Shown piece by piece: positions 23,114-32,000 of a stretch of 32,000 nt of DNA; the first letter of the stretch is position 1; each line of letters begins with the position of its first letter. The notes under the pieces were generated by a model. It had not been told where the DNA came from. It did not search any database and was given only the letters and a program-made list of their open reading frames with translations. Source of the DNA: Delftia acidovorans NBRC 14950 (GTDB lineage Bacteria > Pseudomonadota > Gammaproteobacteria > Burkholderiales > Burkholderiaceae_C); the NCBI RefSeq assembly GCF_001598795.1, contig NZ_BCZP01000019.1:30001-62000 (forward strand), in the 5' to 3' direction. The translations under genes and the position numbers were made by a program.

Positions 23114-24214
23114 ATGAGCACCACACCCCAAGCCTCTCCCGATCTGGCGCATCTGCGCGTGCAGATCGACGATATCGACCAGCAACTGCTGGACCTGCTG
23201 AACCGACGTGCCCGCGTGGCAGAGCAGGTCGGCGAGGTCAAGAAGCGTGAAGGCACGCCCTTCTTCCGCCCGGACCGCGTGGCCCAGGTCATCCAGAAGA
23301 TCGAGTCCGCCAATCCCGGCCCGCTCAAGAATGGCCATGTCTCGGCCATCTGGCGCGAGATCATGTCGGCCTGCCTGGCGCTGGAGTCGCCCCAGCGCGT
23401 GGCCGTGCTGGGCCCGGCGGGCACGTTCTGCGAGGAAGCCGCCATCCAGTACTTCGGCGGCGCGGCCGATCTGATGTACTGCAACAGCTTCGACGAGGTG
23501 TTCCACGCCACGGCCGCAGGCAGCGCGCAGTACGGCGTGGTGGGCGTGGAGAACTCCAACGAAGGCGTGGTCACGCGCTCGCTGGACATGTTCCTGCACA
23601 CGCCCTGCCACGTGGTGGGCGAGGTCAGCCTGCTGGTGCGCCACAACCTGCTTCGCAGCAGCAACACGACCGAGGGCATCGAGGTCGTGGCAGCCCATCC
23701 CCAGGCCCTGGCCCAGTGCCAGGGCTGGCTGGCCAAGCACCTGCCGCATGCCGAGCGCCGCCCGGTGTCCAGCAATGCCGAAGGCGCCCGCCTGGCCGCG
23801 CTGCACCCCAACATCGCCGGCCTGGCCAGCGAACGCGCGGCCCAGCAATTCGGCCTGCATGTGGTGGCGCATGCCATCCAGGACGATGCCTACAACCGCA
23901 CGCGCTTCGCCGTCATCTGCCTGCCGCACACGCTGGCCACGCCCTCGCCCAGCGGCCAGGATTGCACCAGCATCATCATCTCCGTGCCCAACCGCCCCGG
24001 CGCCGTGCATGACCTGCTGGTGCCGCTCAAGAGGCACGGCGTGTCGATGACGCGCTTCGAGTCGCGCCCCGCGCGCACCGGCCAGTGGGAGTACTACTTC
24101 TACATCGACCTCGAAGGCCACCCGGCACAGCCCAATGTGGCCAGCGCGCTGGAAGAGTTGCGCGGCCTGTGTGCCTTCTACAAGGTGCTGGGCACCTACC
24201 CGGTATCCAAGTGA
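23114..24214 (+). CDS. pheA: Bifunctional chorismate mutase / prephenate dehydratase (P-protein)
   Basis: N-terminal CM_2 (LRVQIDDIDQQLLDLLNRRA), then PDT and ACT domains (TRFESRP...YYFYIDLEGH). Confidence 0.92.
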   Translation: MSTTPQASPDLAHLRVQIDDIDQQLLDLLNRRARVAEQVGEVKKREGTPFFRPDRVAQVIQKIESANPGPLKNGHVSAIWREIMSACLALESPQRVAVLGPAGTFCEEAAIQYFGGAADLMYCNSFDEVFHATAAGSAQYGVVGVENSNEGVVTRSLDMFLHTPCHVVGEVSLLVRHNLLRSSNTTEGIEVVAAHPQALAQCQGWLAKHLPHAERRPVSSNAEGARLAALHPNIAGLASERAAQQFGLHVVAHAIQDDAYNRTRFAVICLPHTLATPSPSGQDCTSIIISVPNRPGAVHDLLVPLKRHGVSMTRFESRPARTGQWEYYFYIDLEGHPAQPNVASALEELRGLCAFYKVLGTYPVSK

Positions 24215-25092
24215 TGCAGCCCTTTGAACAACTGGGCCTGATCGGCTGCGGCCTCATGGGCGGCTCGTTCGCCCTGGCGCTCAAGCAGGCAGGGCTGGTC
24301 AAGCGCGTCGTGGGTTACAGCAAGTCGCCTTCGACGACCGAACGCGCTCGCCAGATGGGCGTCATCGATGTGGAGGCCCCCTCCGCCCTGCTGGCCGCCG
24401 CCGGTGCCGACTTGGTGCTGCTGGCCGTGCCTGTGGCGGCGACCGAGGCCACGCTCAAGTCCATCAAGCACCTGGTCACGCCCGAGATGATGATCATGGA
24501 CGTGGGCTCCACCAAGGTTGATGTGGTGCATGCCGCCCGCTCGGTCCTGCGCGACCAGCTCGGCTCCTTCGTGCCGGCCCACCCCATTGCAGGCAAGGAA
24601 GTCTCGGGCGTCGAGCACTCCGACCCCCAGCTGTACAAGGGCGCACAGGTCATCCTGACACCCACCGAACGCACGCTGACCGACCACCTGCAAAAGGCCC
24701 GCTCCCTGTGGGAACTGCTGGGCTGCCGCGTGCGCGCCATGTCGCCCGAAGCCCACGACAGCGCCTTTGCCACGGTCAGCCACCTGCCGCATCTGCTGGC
24801 CTTCGCCATGATGCAAAGCGTGATCACCCAGCCCGACTCCGACGACGTGCTGTCCCTGGCCGGCCCCGGCTTCCGCGACTTCACGCGCATTGCCGCAGGC
24901 GATCCCAAGATGTGGCGTGATGTGCTGCTGGCCAACAGCGAGCAGGTTCTGGCACAGTCGCGCCAGTTCCAGCAGGCGCTGCAGCAACTCGAATCCCTGA
25001 TCCAGACCGGTGACGGACAAGGTCTTGAAGACCGCCTGACCCTGGCCAGTGCCGCGCGCGCCCACTGGCGCATGGGCGCTCCGCGCCGCTGA
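24214..25092 (+). CDS. tyrA: Prephenate dehydrogenase
   Basis: GLIGCGLMGGSFALALK Rossmann motif. TGATG overlap with pheA. Confidence 0.88.
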   Translation: MQPFEQLGLIGCGLMGGSFALALKQAGLVKRVVGYSKSPSTTERARQMGVIDVEAPSALLAAAGADLVLLAVPVAATEATLKSIKHLVTPEMMIMDVGSTKVDVVHAARSVLRDQLGSFVPAHPIAGKEVSGVEHSDPQLYKGAQVILTPTERTLTDHLQKARSLWELLGCRVRAMSPEAHDSAFATVSHLPHLLAFAMMQSVITQPDSDDVLSLAGPGFRDFTRIAAGDPKMWRDVLLANSEQVLAQSRQFQQALQQLESLIQTGDGQGLEDRLTLASAARAHWRMGAPRR

Positions 25093-25206
25093 CGCGCAAC
25101 GCAGGGCAAGCGCCAGACGCAAGCCCGGCGCACCCAAAGCGCTCCTGTGCATTGCGGCCAGCGCGGCCGCAATGCCTCCCGACAGCCTGTTTGCCTTCGA
25201 ATTGCC

Positions 25207-27234
25207 ATGTTCAGTACCGCCTTTCTCGATATCCCCCCTCTTTCCCGCGCGCAGGGCACGGTGAGCCTGCCGGGCTCCAAGAGCATCTCGAACCGCGTGC
25301 TGCTGCTCGCGGCACTGAGCCAGGGCACGACCGTGGTCCACGACCTGCTCGACTCGGACGACACGCGCGTCATGCTCCGGGCCCTGCAGCAACTGGGCTG
25401 CACGGTGGAGCCCGCAACCATCACCCTCGGCCAGCCTGTGCGCATCACCGGCCTGGGCGGCGTCCTGCCCTCTGGCGCCAGTGCCGAACTGTTCATGGGC
25501 AACGCCGGTACGGCCATGCGGCCGCTGACGGCAGCCCTGTCCGTGCTGGGCGGCGACTTCAAGCTCAGCGGCGTGCCGCGCATGCATGAGCGCCCCATCG
25601 GCGATCTGGTCGATGCGCTGCGCCAGCTCGGCTGCCGCATCGACTATCTGGGCAACGAGGGCTTTCCTCCGCTGCACATCCGCCAGCCCGATTTCTCGCA
25701 GCTGCCGCACAGCCCCATCCAAGTGCGTGGCGATGTCTCCAGCCAGTTCCTGACCTCGCTGCTGATGGCGCTGCCGCTGCTGGCCAACACGCGTGACATC
25801 ACGATCGAAGTCGTGGGCGAGCTGATCTCCAAGCCCTACATCCACATCACGCTGGAATTGCTGACCCGCTTCGGCATTGCCGTGCACAACGAGAACTGGC
25901 AGCGCTTCACCATCCCGGCCGGCAGCCGCTACAGCTCGCCGGGCGAGATCCATGTCGAGGCAGACGCCTCGTCGGCCAGCTACTTCATCGCACTGGGCGC
26001 CATCGCCTCGGACAGCGCCGAAGGCATCCGCATCCTCGGCGTGGGACTGGACTCCATCCAGGGCGATATCCGCTTTGTCGAGGCCGCGCGCGCCATGGGC
26101 GCCGAGGTGGAAGGCGGCCCCAACTGGCTGCGCATCCGCCGTGGCGCATGGCCGCTCAAGGCAATCGACCTGGACTGCAACCACATCCCCGATGCCGCCA
26201 TGACGCTGGCCGTCATGGCCCTGTATGCCGATGGCACGACCACGCTGCGCAATATCGCAAGCTGGCGTGTCAAGGAAACCGACCGCATCGCGGCCATGAC
26301 CAAGGAGCTGCGCAAGCTGGGCGCCGATGTCGAGGAGGGCGCGGACTACATCCGCATCACGCCGCCCGCGTCCACCGCCGCATGGCGTGCGGCCAGCATC
26401 CACACCTATGACGACCACCGCGTGGCCATGTGCTTCTCGCTGGCGGCCTTCAACCCGGCCGCCCTGCCCGTGCGCATCGAAGACCCCAAGTGCGTCGCCA
26501 AGACCTTCCCCGACTACTTCGAGGCCCTGTTCTCGGTCTGCGAGACGGCCCGCGCGCGCATTCCCGTGATCTGCATCGATGGCCCCACGGCCTCGGGCAA
26601 GGGCACGATTGCCGCCGAGGTCGCCCAGGCTCTTGGCTACCACCTGCTGGACTCGGGCGCGCTGTACCGGCTCACGGGGCTGGCCGCATCGCGCGCCGGC
26701 CTGGTGCTGGACGAACCGCACGCCCAGCAGATCGCCGTGCTGGCGCGCGAGCTGCCCGTGCGCTTTGACGCCGAGCAGCGCATCTGGCTGGATGACGAGG
26801 ATGTCACCCTCATCCTGCGCAGCGAGGAGTCGGGCATGAACGCCTCGCGTGTCTCGGCCCTGCCTGCCGTGCGCGACGCGCTGGTGGACCTGCAGCTGTC
26901 CTTCCAGCAGCTTCCGGGGCTGGTTGCCGATGGCCGCGACATGGGCACGGTGATCTTTCCCCATGCTCCCCTCAAGGTCTATTTGTCGGCCTCCGCCGCC
27001 TGTCGCGCCGAGCGCCGGCATAAGCAGTTGATTTCCAAAGGAATTGCCGCTAACATAAGCGCCCTTCGGGCTGACCTTGAAGCACGCGATGCGCGGGACA
27101 TGAACCGCAGCGTCGCACCGCTCAAGCCCGCCCAGGATTCCATGCTGCTTGACAGCTCCGAACTCTCCATCGAAGAGGTGGCAGAACAGGTGCTTTCGTG
27201 GTGGCAGGAACGCCAGCCGTTCGGCCGCGACTGA
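25207..27234 (+). CDS. aroA: Fused 3-phosphoshikimate 1-carboxyvinyltransferase (EPSP synthase) / cytidylate kinase
   Basis: N-terminal [17 protein letters not shown] (AroA). The C-terminal ~225 aa, [15 protein letters not shown]...LDSGALYR, is Cmk. One uninterrupted frame of 675 aa. Confidence 0.9.
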   Translation: MFSTAFLDIPPLSRAQGTVSLPGSKSISNRVLLLAALSQGTTVVHDLLDSDDTRVMLRALQQLGCTVEPATITLGQPVRITGLGGVLPSGASAELFMGNAGTAMRPLTAALSVLGGDFKLSGVPRMHERPIGDLVDALRQLGCRIDYLGNEGFPPLHIRQPDFSQLPHSPIQVRGDVSSQFLTSLLMALPLLANTRDITIEVVGELISKPYIHITLELLTRFGIAVHNENWQRFTIPAGSRYSSPGEIHVEADASSASYFIALGAIASDSAEGIRILGVGLDSIQGDIRFVEAARAMGAEVEGGPNWLRIRRGAWPLKAIDLDCNHIPDAAMTLAVMALYADGTTTLRNIASWRVKETDRIAAMTKELRKLGADVEEGADYIRITPPASTAAWRAASIHTYDDHRVAMCFSLAAFNPAALPVRIEDPKCVAKTFPDYFEALFSVCETARARIPVICIDGPTASGKGTIAAEVAQALGYHLLDSGALYRLTGLAASRAGLVLDEPHAQQIAVLARELPVRFDAEQRIWLDDEDVTLILRSEESGMNASRVSALPAVRDALVDLQLSFQQLPGLVADGRDMGTVIFPHAPLKVYLSASAACRAERRHKQLISKGIAANISALRADLEARDARDMNRSVAPLKPAQDSMLLDSSELSIEEVAEQVLSWWQERQPFGRD

Positions 27235-27418
27235 TTGCCAGTTGCGCCGCACGTCGGCAAACCCGCCCTCCGGGCCCAGACATGGCGGCACCGCCCCATG
27301 TACGGCCCGAGGTCCATAGACTCCAACACCGTGGTTGAACCCACAACACCTCCGCAAACAGTCCTAGAAACGCCTGGCAATAGTGCCGGCGGAAACCTGT
27401 TTGCGGGCAAGGAAATAC

Positions 27419-29104
27419 ATGTCTGAATCTTTTGCCTCCCTGTTTGAAGAATCGCTGCAACGCACGGAAATGCGTCCTGGCGAGGTCATCACCGCTGAAG
27501 TCGTGCGCGTCGAGCACAACTTCGTCGTCGTGAACGCTGGCCTGAAGTCGGAAGCCTACGTGCCAATCGACGAATTCAAGAACGACCAGGGAGAAATCGA
27601 AGTCCAGGTGGGCGACTTTGTGTCGGTCGCCATCGGCTCGATCGAAAACGGCTACGGCGACACCATCCTGTCGCGCGACACCGCCAAGCGCCTGGCCTCG
27701 TGGCTGGCCCTGGAAAAGGCCCTGGAATCGGGCGAATTCGTGACCGGCACGACCTCCGGCAAGGTCAAGGGCGGCCTGACGGTGCTGGTCAACGGCATCC
27801 GCGCCTTCCTGCCCGGTTCGCTGATCGACACCCGTCCGATCAAGGACCTGACTCCGTACGAAAACAAGACGATGGAGTTCAAGGTCATCAAGCTGGACCG
27901 CAAGCGCAACAACGTGGTGCTGAGCCGCCGCGCCGTGGTCGAAGCCTCGATGGGCGAAGAGCGCGCCAAGCTGATGGAAACGCTGAAGGAAGGCGCCATC
28001 GTTCAAGGCGTGGTCAAGAACATCACCGAATACGGTGCGTTCGTGGACCTGGGCGGCATCGACGGCCTGCTGCACATCACCGACATGGCATGGCGCCGCG
28101 TGCGTCATCCCTCGGAAGTCGTGCAGGCTGGCCAGGAAATCACCGCCAAGATCCTCAAGTTCGACACCGAGAAGAACCGTGTCTCGCTGGGTCTGAAGCA
28201 AATGGGCGACGACCCGTGGATGGGCGTTTCGCGCCGCTACCCCTCGAGCACCCGCCTGTTCGGCAAGGTCACGAACATTGCCGACTACGGCGCGTTCGTC
28301 GAGCTGGAACCCGGCATCGAAGGCCTGGTGCACGTCTCCGAAATGGACTGGACCAACAAGAACATTGCTCCGACCAAGCTCGTTACCCTGGGTGACGAAG
28401 TCGAAGTCATGGTGCTGGAGATCGACGAAGACAAGCGTCGCATCTCGCTGGGCATGAAGCAGTGCAAGGCCAACCCCTGGCAAGAGTTCGCGCAGAACAC
28501 CAAGCGCGGCGACCGCGTCAAGGGCCCGATCAAGTCGATCACCGACTTCGGCGTGTTCGTGGGTCTGGCTGCCGGTATCGACGGCCTGGTGCACCTGTCC
28601 GACCTGTCCTGGAACGAGCCCGGCGAAGCCGCCGTGCGCAACTACAAGAAGGGCCAGGAAGTCGAAGCCATCGTGCTGGCCGTGGACGTCGAGCGCGAGC
28701 GCATCTCCCTGGGCATCAAGCAGCTGGACAGCGATCCCTTCACGACCTTCGTGACCGTGAACGACAAGGGCCAGATCGTGTCGGGCAAGGTCAAGACGGT
28801 GGACGCACGTGGTGCTGAAATCGACCTGGGCGAAGACATCATCGGTTACCTGCGTGCTTCGGAAATCGCCGTGGACCGCGTGGAAGATGCCCGCTCGGTG
28901 CTGAAGGAAGGCGACGAGATCACCGCCGTGGTGGTCAATGTGGATCGCAAGACCCGCAACATCCAGCTGTCGATCAAGGCCAAGGACCAGGTCGACCAGC
29001 AAGAAGCCATGGCTTCCCTGTCCGCTCAGTCGGCCAAGGAAAACGCCGGCACGACCAGCCTGGGCGCCCTGCTGCGCGCCAAGCTGGACAACTCCGACAA
29101 GTAA
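27419..29104 (+). CDS. rpsA: 30S ribosomal protein S1
   Basis: [13 protein letters not shown]..., six S1 repeats, 561 aa. Confidence 0.97.
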   Translation: MSESFASLFEESLQRTEMRPGEVITAEVVRVEHNFVVVNAGLKSEAYVPIDEFKNDQGEIEVQVGDFVSVAIGSIENGYGDTILSRDTAKRLASWLALEKALESGEFVTGTTSGKVKGGLTVLVNGIRAFLPGSLIDTRPIKDLTPYENKTMEFKVIKLDRKRNNVVLSRRAVVEASMGEERAKLMETLKEGAIVQGVVKNITEYGAFVDLGGIDGLLHITDMAWRRVRHPSEVVQAGQEITAKILKFDTEKNRVSLGLKQMGDDPWMGVSRRYPSSTRLFGKVTNIADYGAFVELEPGIEGLVHVSEMDWTNKNIAPTKLVTLGDEVEVMVLEIDEDKRRISLGMKQCKANPWQEFAQNTKRGDRVKGPIKSITDFGVFVGLAAGIDGLVHLSDLSWNEPGEAAVRNYKKGQEVEAIVLAVDVERERISLGIKQLDSDPFTTFVTVNDKGQIVSGKVKTVDARGAEIDLGEDIIGYLRASEIAVDRVEDARSVLKEGDEITAVVVNVDRKTRNIQLSIKAKDQVDQQEAMASLSAQSAKENAGTTSLGALLRAKLDNSDK

Positions 29105-29139
29105 TCAGCAGCCAGTCTGCTGACCGCTGAAGGTCGGAT

Positions 29140-29175
29140 GCGACGGGCGCCTCCGGGCGCCCGTCGCCATTTCAA
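29140..29175 (+). terminator. Hairpin terminator after rpsA
   Basis: GCGACGGGCGCC-TCCG-GGCGCCCGTCGC (12 bp) followed by CATTT. Confidence 0.6.
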
Positions 29176-29194
29176 CCCCTGATTCCTATCCTTG

Positions 29195-29536
29195 ATGACC
29201 CGATCCGATCTCGTCGAAGAACTCGCCGCCCGCTTTGGCCAACTGAGCCAGCGCGATGCCGAGCAGGCCGTCAAGACGATTCTTGACGCCGTCAGCGATG
29301 CCCTGGTGCGAGGCCATCGCATCGAAATCCGCGGCTTTGGCAGTTTCTCGGTCAACCATCGCCCGCCCCGCATGGGCCGCAATCCCCGCAGTGGCGAGGC
29401 CGTCCACATTCCGTCCAAGCGCGTGCCGCACTTCAAGCCCGGCAAGGCCCTGCGCGAAGCCGTGGACCTGCGCCCCGGTGCAGCCATCGATACAGACAAC
29501 ACAGGCTCCGGCACAGGCACCGGCCCTGCCGCCTGA
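29195..29536 (+). CDS. ihfB: Integration host factor subunit beta
   Basis: [11 protein letters not shown]...IEIRGFGSF...R.GRNP.SGE.V.I...VPHFKPGK. Gly/Thr-rich C-terminal extension. Confidence 0.93.
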   Translation: MTRSDLVEELAARFGQLSQRDAEQAVKTILDAVSDALVRGHRIEIRGFGSFSVNHRPPRMGRNPRSGEAVHIPSKRVPHFKPGKALREAVDLRPGAAIDTDNTGSGTGTGPAA

Positions 29537-29616
29537 AAGCGGGCTGACCGGCTGCGCGCGCCGCAGCCGCCCTCTCCGCCAGGCTCTAGAATCGTTCCCG
29601 TCACACAAGGGAACAC

Positions 29617-29937
29617 ATGAAGTACTTCCTGTGGCTGCTCAAGGCGGCCATTTTTTTTACGCTGTTCGCTTTCGCCCTGAACAACCAGCAGGACGCGACG
29701 GTGCACTTCTTCTTCGGCACCTCCTGGACTGCGCCGCTGGTACTGGTGGTGCTGGCCGCCTTCGCCCTGGGCCTGATCGTGGGCGTTCTGGGCATGGTGC
29801 CGCGCTGGCTCAAGCACCGCAACGCCGCGCGCTCGACCCAGGCCACGGTGCCTGCCGCAGCCGAGGCACCGGCAGCGGCCACGGTGCCCAAGCCCGCCCC
29901 ATCCCCCATCCTGCCAGGCGACGTGCATGGAATTTGA
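29617..29937 (+). CDS. lapA: Lipopolysaccharide assembly protein LapA (YciS family)
   Basis: Two TM helices. Sits immediately upstream of lapB and overlaps it. Confidence 0.75.
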   Translation: MKYFLWLLKAAIFFTLFAFALNNQQDATVHFFFGTSWTAPLVLVVLAAFALGLIVGVLGMVPRWLKHRNAARSTQATVPAAAEAPAAATVPKPAPSPILPGDVHGI

Positions 29938-31102
29938 TCTGAGCTGGATACTGCTGGGCCTGCCCGTCGCCTTCGTGCTGGGCTGGCTGGCCTCGCGCTG
30001 GGACCTGAGGCAGATTCGCGCCGAAAACCGCCAGGCGCCCAAGGCCTATTTCAAGGGTCTGAACTTCCTGCTCAACGAGCAGCAGGACAAGGCCATCGAC
30101 GCCTTCATCGAAGCCGTGCAGAACGACCCCGACACTTCGGAGCTGCACTTCGCGCTGGGCAACCTCTTCCGCCGCCGTGGCGAATACAACCGCGCCGTGC
30201 GCGTGCACGAACACCTGCTGTCGCGCGGCGACCTCAGCCGTGTGGACCGCGACCGCGCCCAGCACGCGCTGGCCCAGGACTTTCTGAAGGCAGGCCTGCT
30301 CGACCGCGCCGAGGACGCGCTGCGCCGCCTGGAAGGCACGGCCTTCGAGGCCGAAGCCCGCCTGGCTCTGCTGGCCATCTACGAACGCTCGCGCGACTGG
30401 ACACAGGCCGCCGCCATTGCGCGCCGCATGCAGGAAGCCAACCAGGGCGACTTCAGCGGCCGCCTGGCCCACTACCTCTGCGAAGACGCCCAGGCCCTGT
30501 TGACCCAGGGCCAGCAGGCCGAGGCACTGCAGCGGCTGCAGCAGGCCATCACCACCGCCCCACAGGCCGCACGCCCGCGCCTGGAGCACGCGCAGCTGCA
30601 GCACCGCATGGGGCAATCGGCCCAGGCCCTGCACACGTTGGAAAGCCTGGCCGAGCAGTCTCCAGCCTCGCTGCCGCTGGCGGCTCAGCTGCTGGTGGAC
30701 ATTGCCGCCGCCACGGGCCAGCGCCAGCACATCCACCAACTGCTCAGCCAGCAGTACGAGCAGGCACCCTCGCTGGATCTGCTGCAGGCCCTGGTCGCGC
30801 TGGACGCTCAGATTGAAGAACAGAGCAACGATGGTGAAACCAAGGCACCGGGACGCGCACGCCTGGTCCAGCATCTGGACAGGGAGCCCTCCCTGGTGGC
30901 TGCCGCGCAGTGGCTGGCAGGGGAGAAACTGGCCGAGGAGCAATACCACCCGGCCGTGCAACGCGCGCTGGACCACGCGGCCAAGCCGCTGACCCGCTAC
31001 CGCTGCGCGGCCTGCGGCTTCGAGGCACGCCAGCATTTCTGGCATTGCCCCGGCTGCCAGAGCTGGGACAGCTATCCGGCCCGGCGCGTCGAGGAGCTGT
31101 GA
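29927..31102 (+). CDS. lapB: Lipopolysaccharide assembly protein LapB (YciM): TPR repeats plus C-terminal rubredoxin-like zinc finger
   Basis: N-terminal TM helix, then YFKGLNFLLNEQQDKAID. C-terminal YRCAACGFE...WHCPGCQSW. Confidence 0.9.
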   Translation: MEFDLSWILLGLPVAFVLGWLASRWDLRQIRAENRQAPKAYFKGLNFLLNEQQDKAIDAFIEAVQNDPDTSELHFALGNLFRRRGEYNRAVRVHEHLLSRGDLSRVDRDRAQHALAQDFLKAGLLDRAEDALRRLEGTAFEAEARLALLAIYERSRDWTQAAAIARRMQEANQGDFSGRLAHYLCEDAQALLTQGQQAEALQRLQQAITTAPQAARPRLEHAQLQHRMGQSAQALHTLESLAEQSPASLPLAAQLLVDIAAATGQRQHIHQLLSQQYEQAPSLDLLQALVALDAQIEEQSNDGETKAPGRARLVQHLDREPSLVAAAQWLAGEKLAEEQYHPAVQRALDHAAKPLTRYRCAACGFEARQHFWHCPGCQSWDSYPARRVEEL

Positions 31103-31362
31103 TGCGGGGCAGGCGCGAGAGGCAGCTCCACCCCCTGCATCGCGTCACCCCCATTGGCAAACACCGCATGGACGGTGTATTTTCAGAGTATTCCTAGAAA
31201 CCGCCTTGGCAGGCGCATGGCCATTGACTTTGCACACGTTCGGCCATGCCTGCACGGGCCTGCTGGCCCCCTTCACCGCCTAGCCGCACGCCAAGGCCCT
31301 GCATAAGATGCCTCTGGGTCGCAATGTTGCGGCCCTCAACATTTTGGGATCAGGAGGTTTGT

Positions 31363-31773
31363 ATGTTCAGAAAACTGATGGCTGGCTTCATTGCACTGCT
31401 GTGGTCCGTGATGGCCCTGGCTGCCGTGGAGGTCAACAAGGCGAATGAAGCCGAACTGACATCCATCAAGGGCATTGGCCCGGCCATGTCGGCACGCATT
31501 CTCGAGGAGCGCAAATCCTCCGCCTTCAAGGACTGGCCCGATTTCATTGCCCGCGTCAAAGGCGTGGGCGAACCGACCGCCGCCAAGTTCTCGGGTGACG
31601 GCCTGACGGTCAATGGCACCAGCTACAAGGGCCAGGGAGCCAAGCCCGCTGCAAAGGATACGGCGGCCAAGGATGCCAAGGATACCAAGGACACGGCAGC
31701 CAAAGGCACCAAGCCGACCAAGGACCAGGCCGCCAAACCGGCCACGCCGGCCAAGGCCGGCGCGGCCTCCTGA
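31363..31773 (+). CDS. ComEA-like helix-hairpin-helix DNA-binding protein with Lys/Ala/Thr-rich tail
   Basis: CAGGAGG RBS, signal peptide, VNKANEAELTSIKGIGPAMSARILEER HhH motif. Confidence 0.8.
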   Translation: MFRKLMAGFIALLWSVMALAAVEVNKANEAELTSIKGIGPAMSARILEERKSSAFKDWPDFIARVKGVGEPTAAKFSGDGLTVNGTSYKGQGAKPAAKDTAAKDAKDTKDTAAKGTKPTKDQAAKPATPAKAGAAS

Positions 31774-31794
31774 GTACGCCAACTGTCTCTATCC

Positions 31795-31816
31795 AACCCG
31801 CTTCGGCGGGTTTTTC
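31795..31816 (+). terminator. Intrinsic terminator
   Basis: AACCCGC-TTCG-GCGGGTT followed by TTTTC. Confidence 0.75.
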
Positions 31817-31912
31817 ATGCGTACTAACCTCGGGGTATGCGCGGCCATAGCCTGAAACATGCTCAGGTTTTCATAGCGAAGCAAAAAACCTTGCCCGTAA
31901 AATGAACCGCCC

Positions 31913-32000
31913 ATGCCCCTGATCACCCTCATCCTCCTACCCTTCATCGGCAGCCTGATTGCCGCAATGCTGCCCGCCAATGCGCGCAATACGGAGTCAA
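31913..32000 (+). CDS. Start of a polytopic membrane protein, probably a monovalent cation/H+ antiporter subunit A (MrpA/PhaA-like); truncated by window
   Basis: My translation MPLITLILLPFIGSLIAAMLPANARNTES resembles MrpA N-termini. Only 29 codons are visible. Confidence 0.4.
   Translation, partial: MPLITLILLPFIGSLIAAMLPANARNTES

Noticed and set aside
19123-23877. Giant 1584-aa minus-strand ORF spanning gyrA, serC and pheA
   Set aside because: It runs antisense to three unmistakable housekeeping genes and two intergenic regions. Its translation is low-complexity and Ala/Gly/Arg/Val-rich. This is the usual stop-codon-free shadow frame of high-GC3 coding DNA.
24196-27357. 1053-aa minus-strand ORF
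   Set aside because: Antisense shadow of tyrA and the aroA-cmk fusion, with no protein-like motifs.
27122-29002. 626-aa minus-strand ORF
   Set aside because: Antisense shadow of rpsA, which is certain on the plus strand.

Overview
High-GC betaproteobacterial (Comamonadaceae-like) DNA in two parts. (1) Positions 1 to about 16437 are the right-hand portion of a lambdoid prophage inserted into the 3' end of the tmRNA gene ssrA; its left end lies outside the window. Recognisable parts are a Rha-family regulator, a divergent Cro-like / CI-S24 repressor pair with a duplicated promoter-operator cassette, an H-NS-like protein, an orphan SPPY-type DNA methyltransferase, a DUF2303/YfdQ-like protein, excisionase and a lambda-type tyrosine integrase with arm-type repeats. 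About 25 small ORFs have no family I can name. (2) Positions 16438-32000 are ordinary housekeeping genes: ssrA, HAD phosphatase, ubiG, an OmpA-family gene, gyrA, serC, pheA, tyrA, an aroA-cmk fusion, rpsA, ihfB, lapA, lapB, a ComEA-like gene and the start of an mrpA-like gene. I saw no canonical defence-system domains (ATPase/nuclease/RT/TIR/SIR2), no CRISPR and no tRNA. The most unusual features are all in the prophage. First, a perfect LexA box drives an unknown 99-codon ORF in the rexAB-equivalent slot, next to a CI repressor whose hinge lacks Ala-Gly. Second, about 440 nt with no credible ORF lie behind the PL-like promoter and end in a terminator, at the head of an operon with several strong intrinsic terminators and no recognisable antiterminator. 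Third, a perfect 16-bp inverted repeat brackets 127 nt. Fourth, a roughly 41% GC reverse-oriented gene sits between the phage H-NS-like gene and the orphan methyltransferase. All functional assignments come from reading motifs by eye; no database search was possible.
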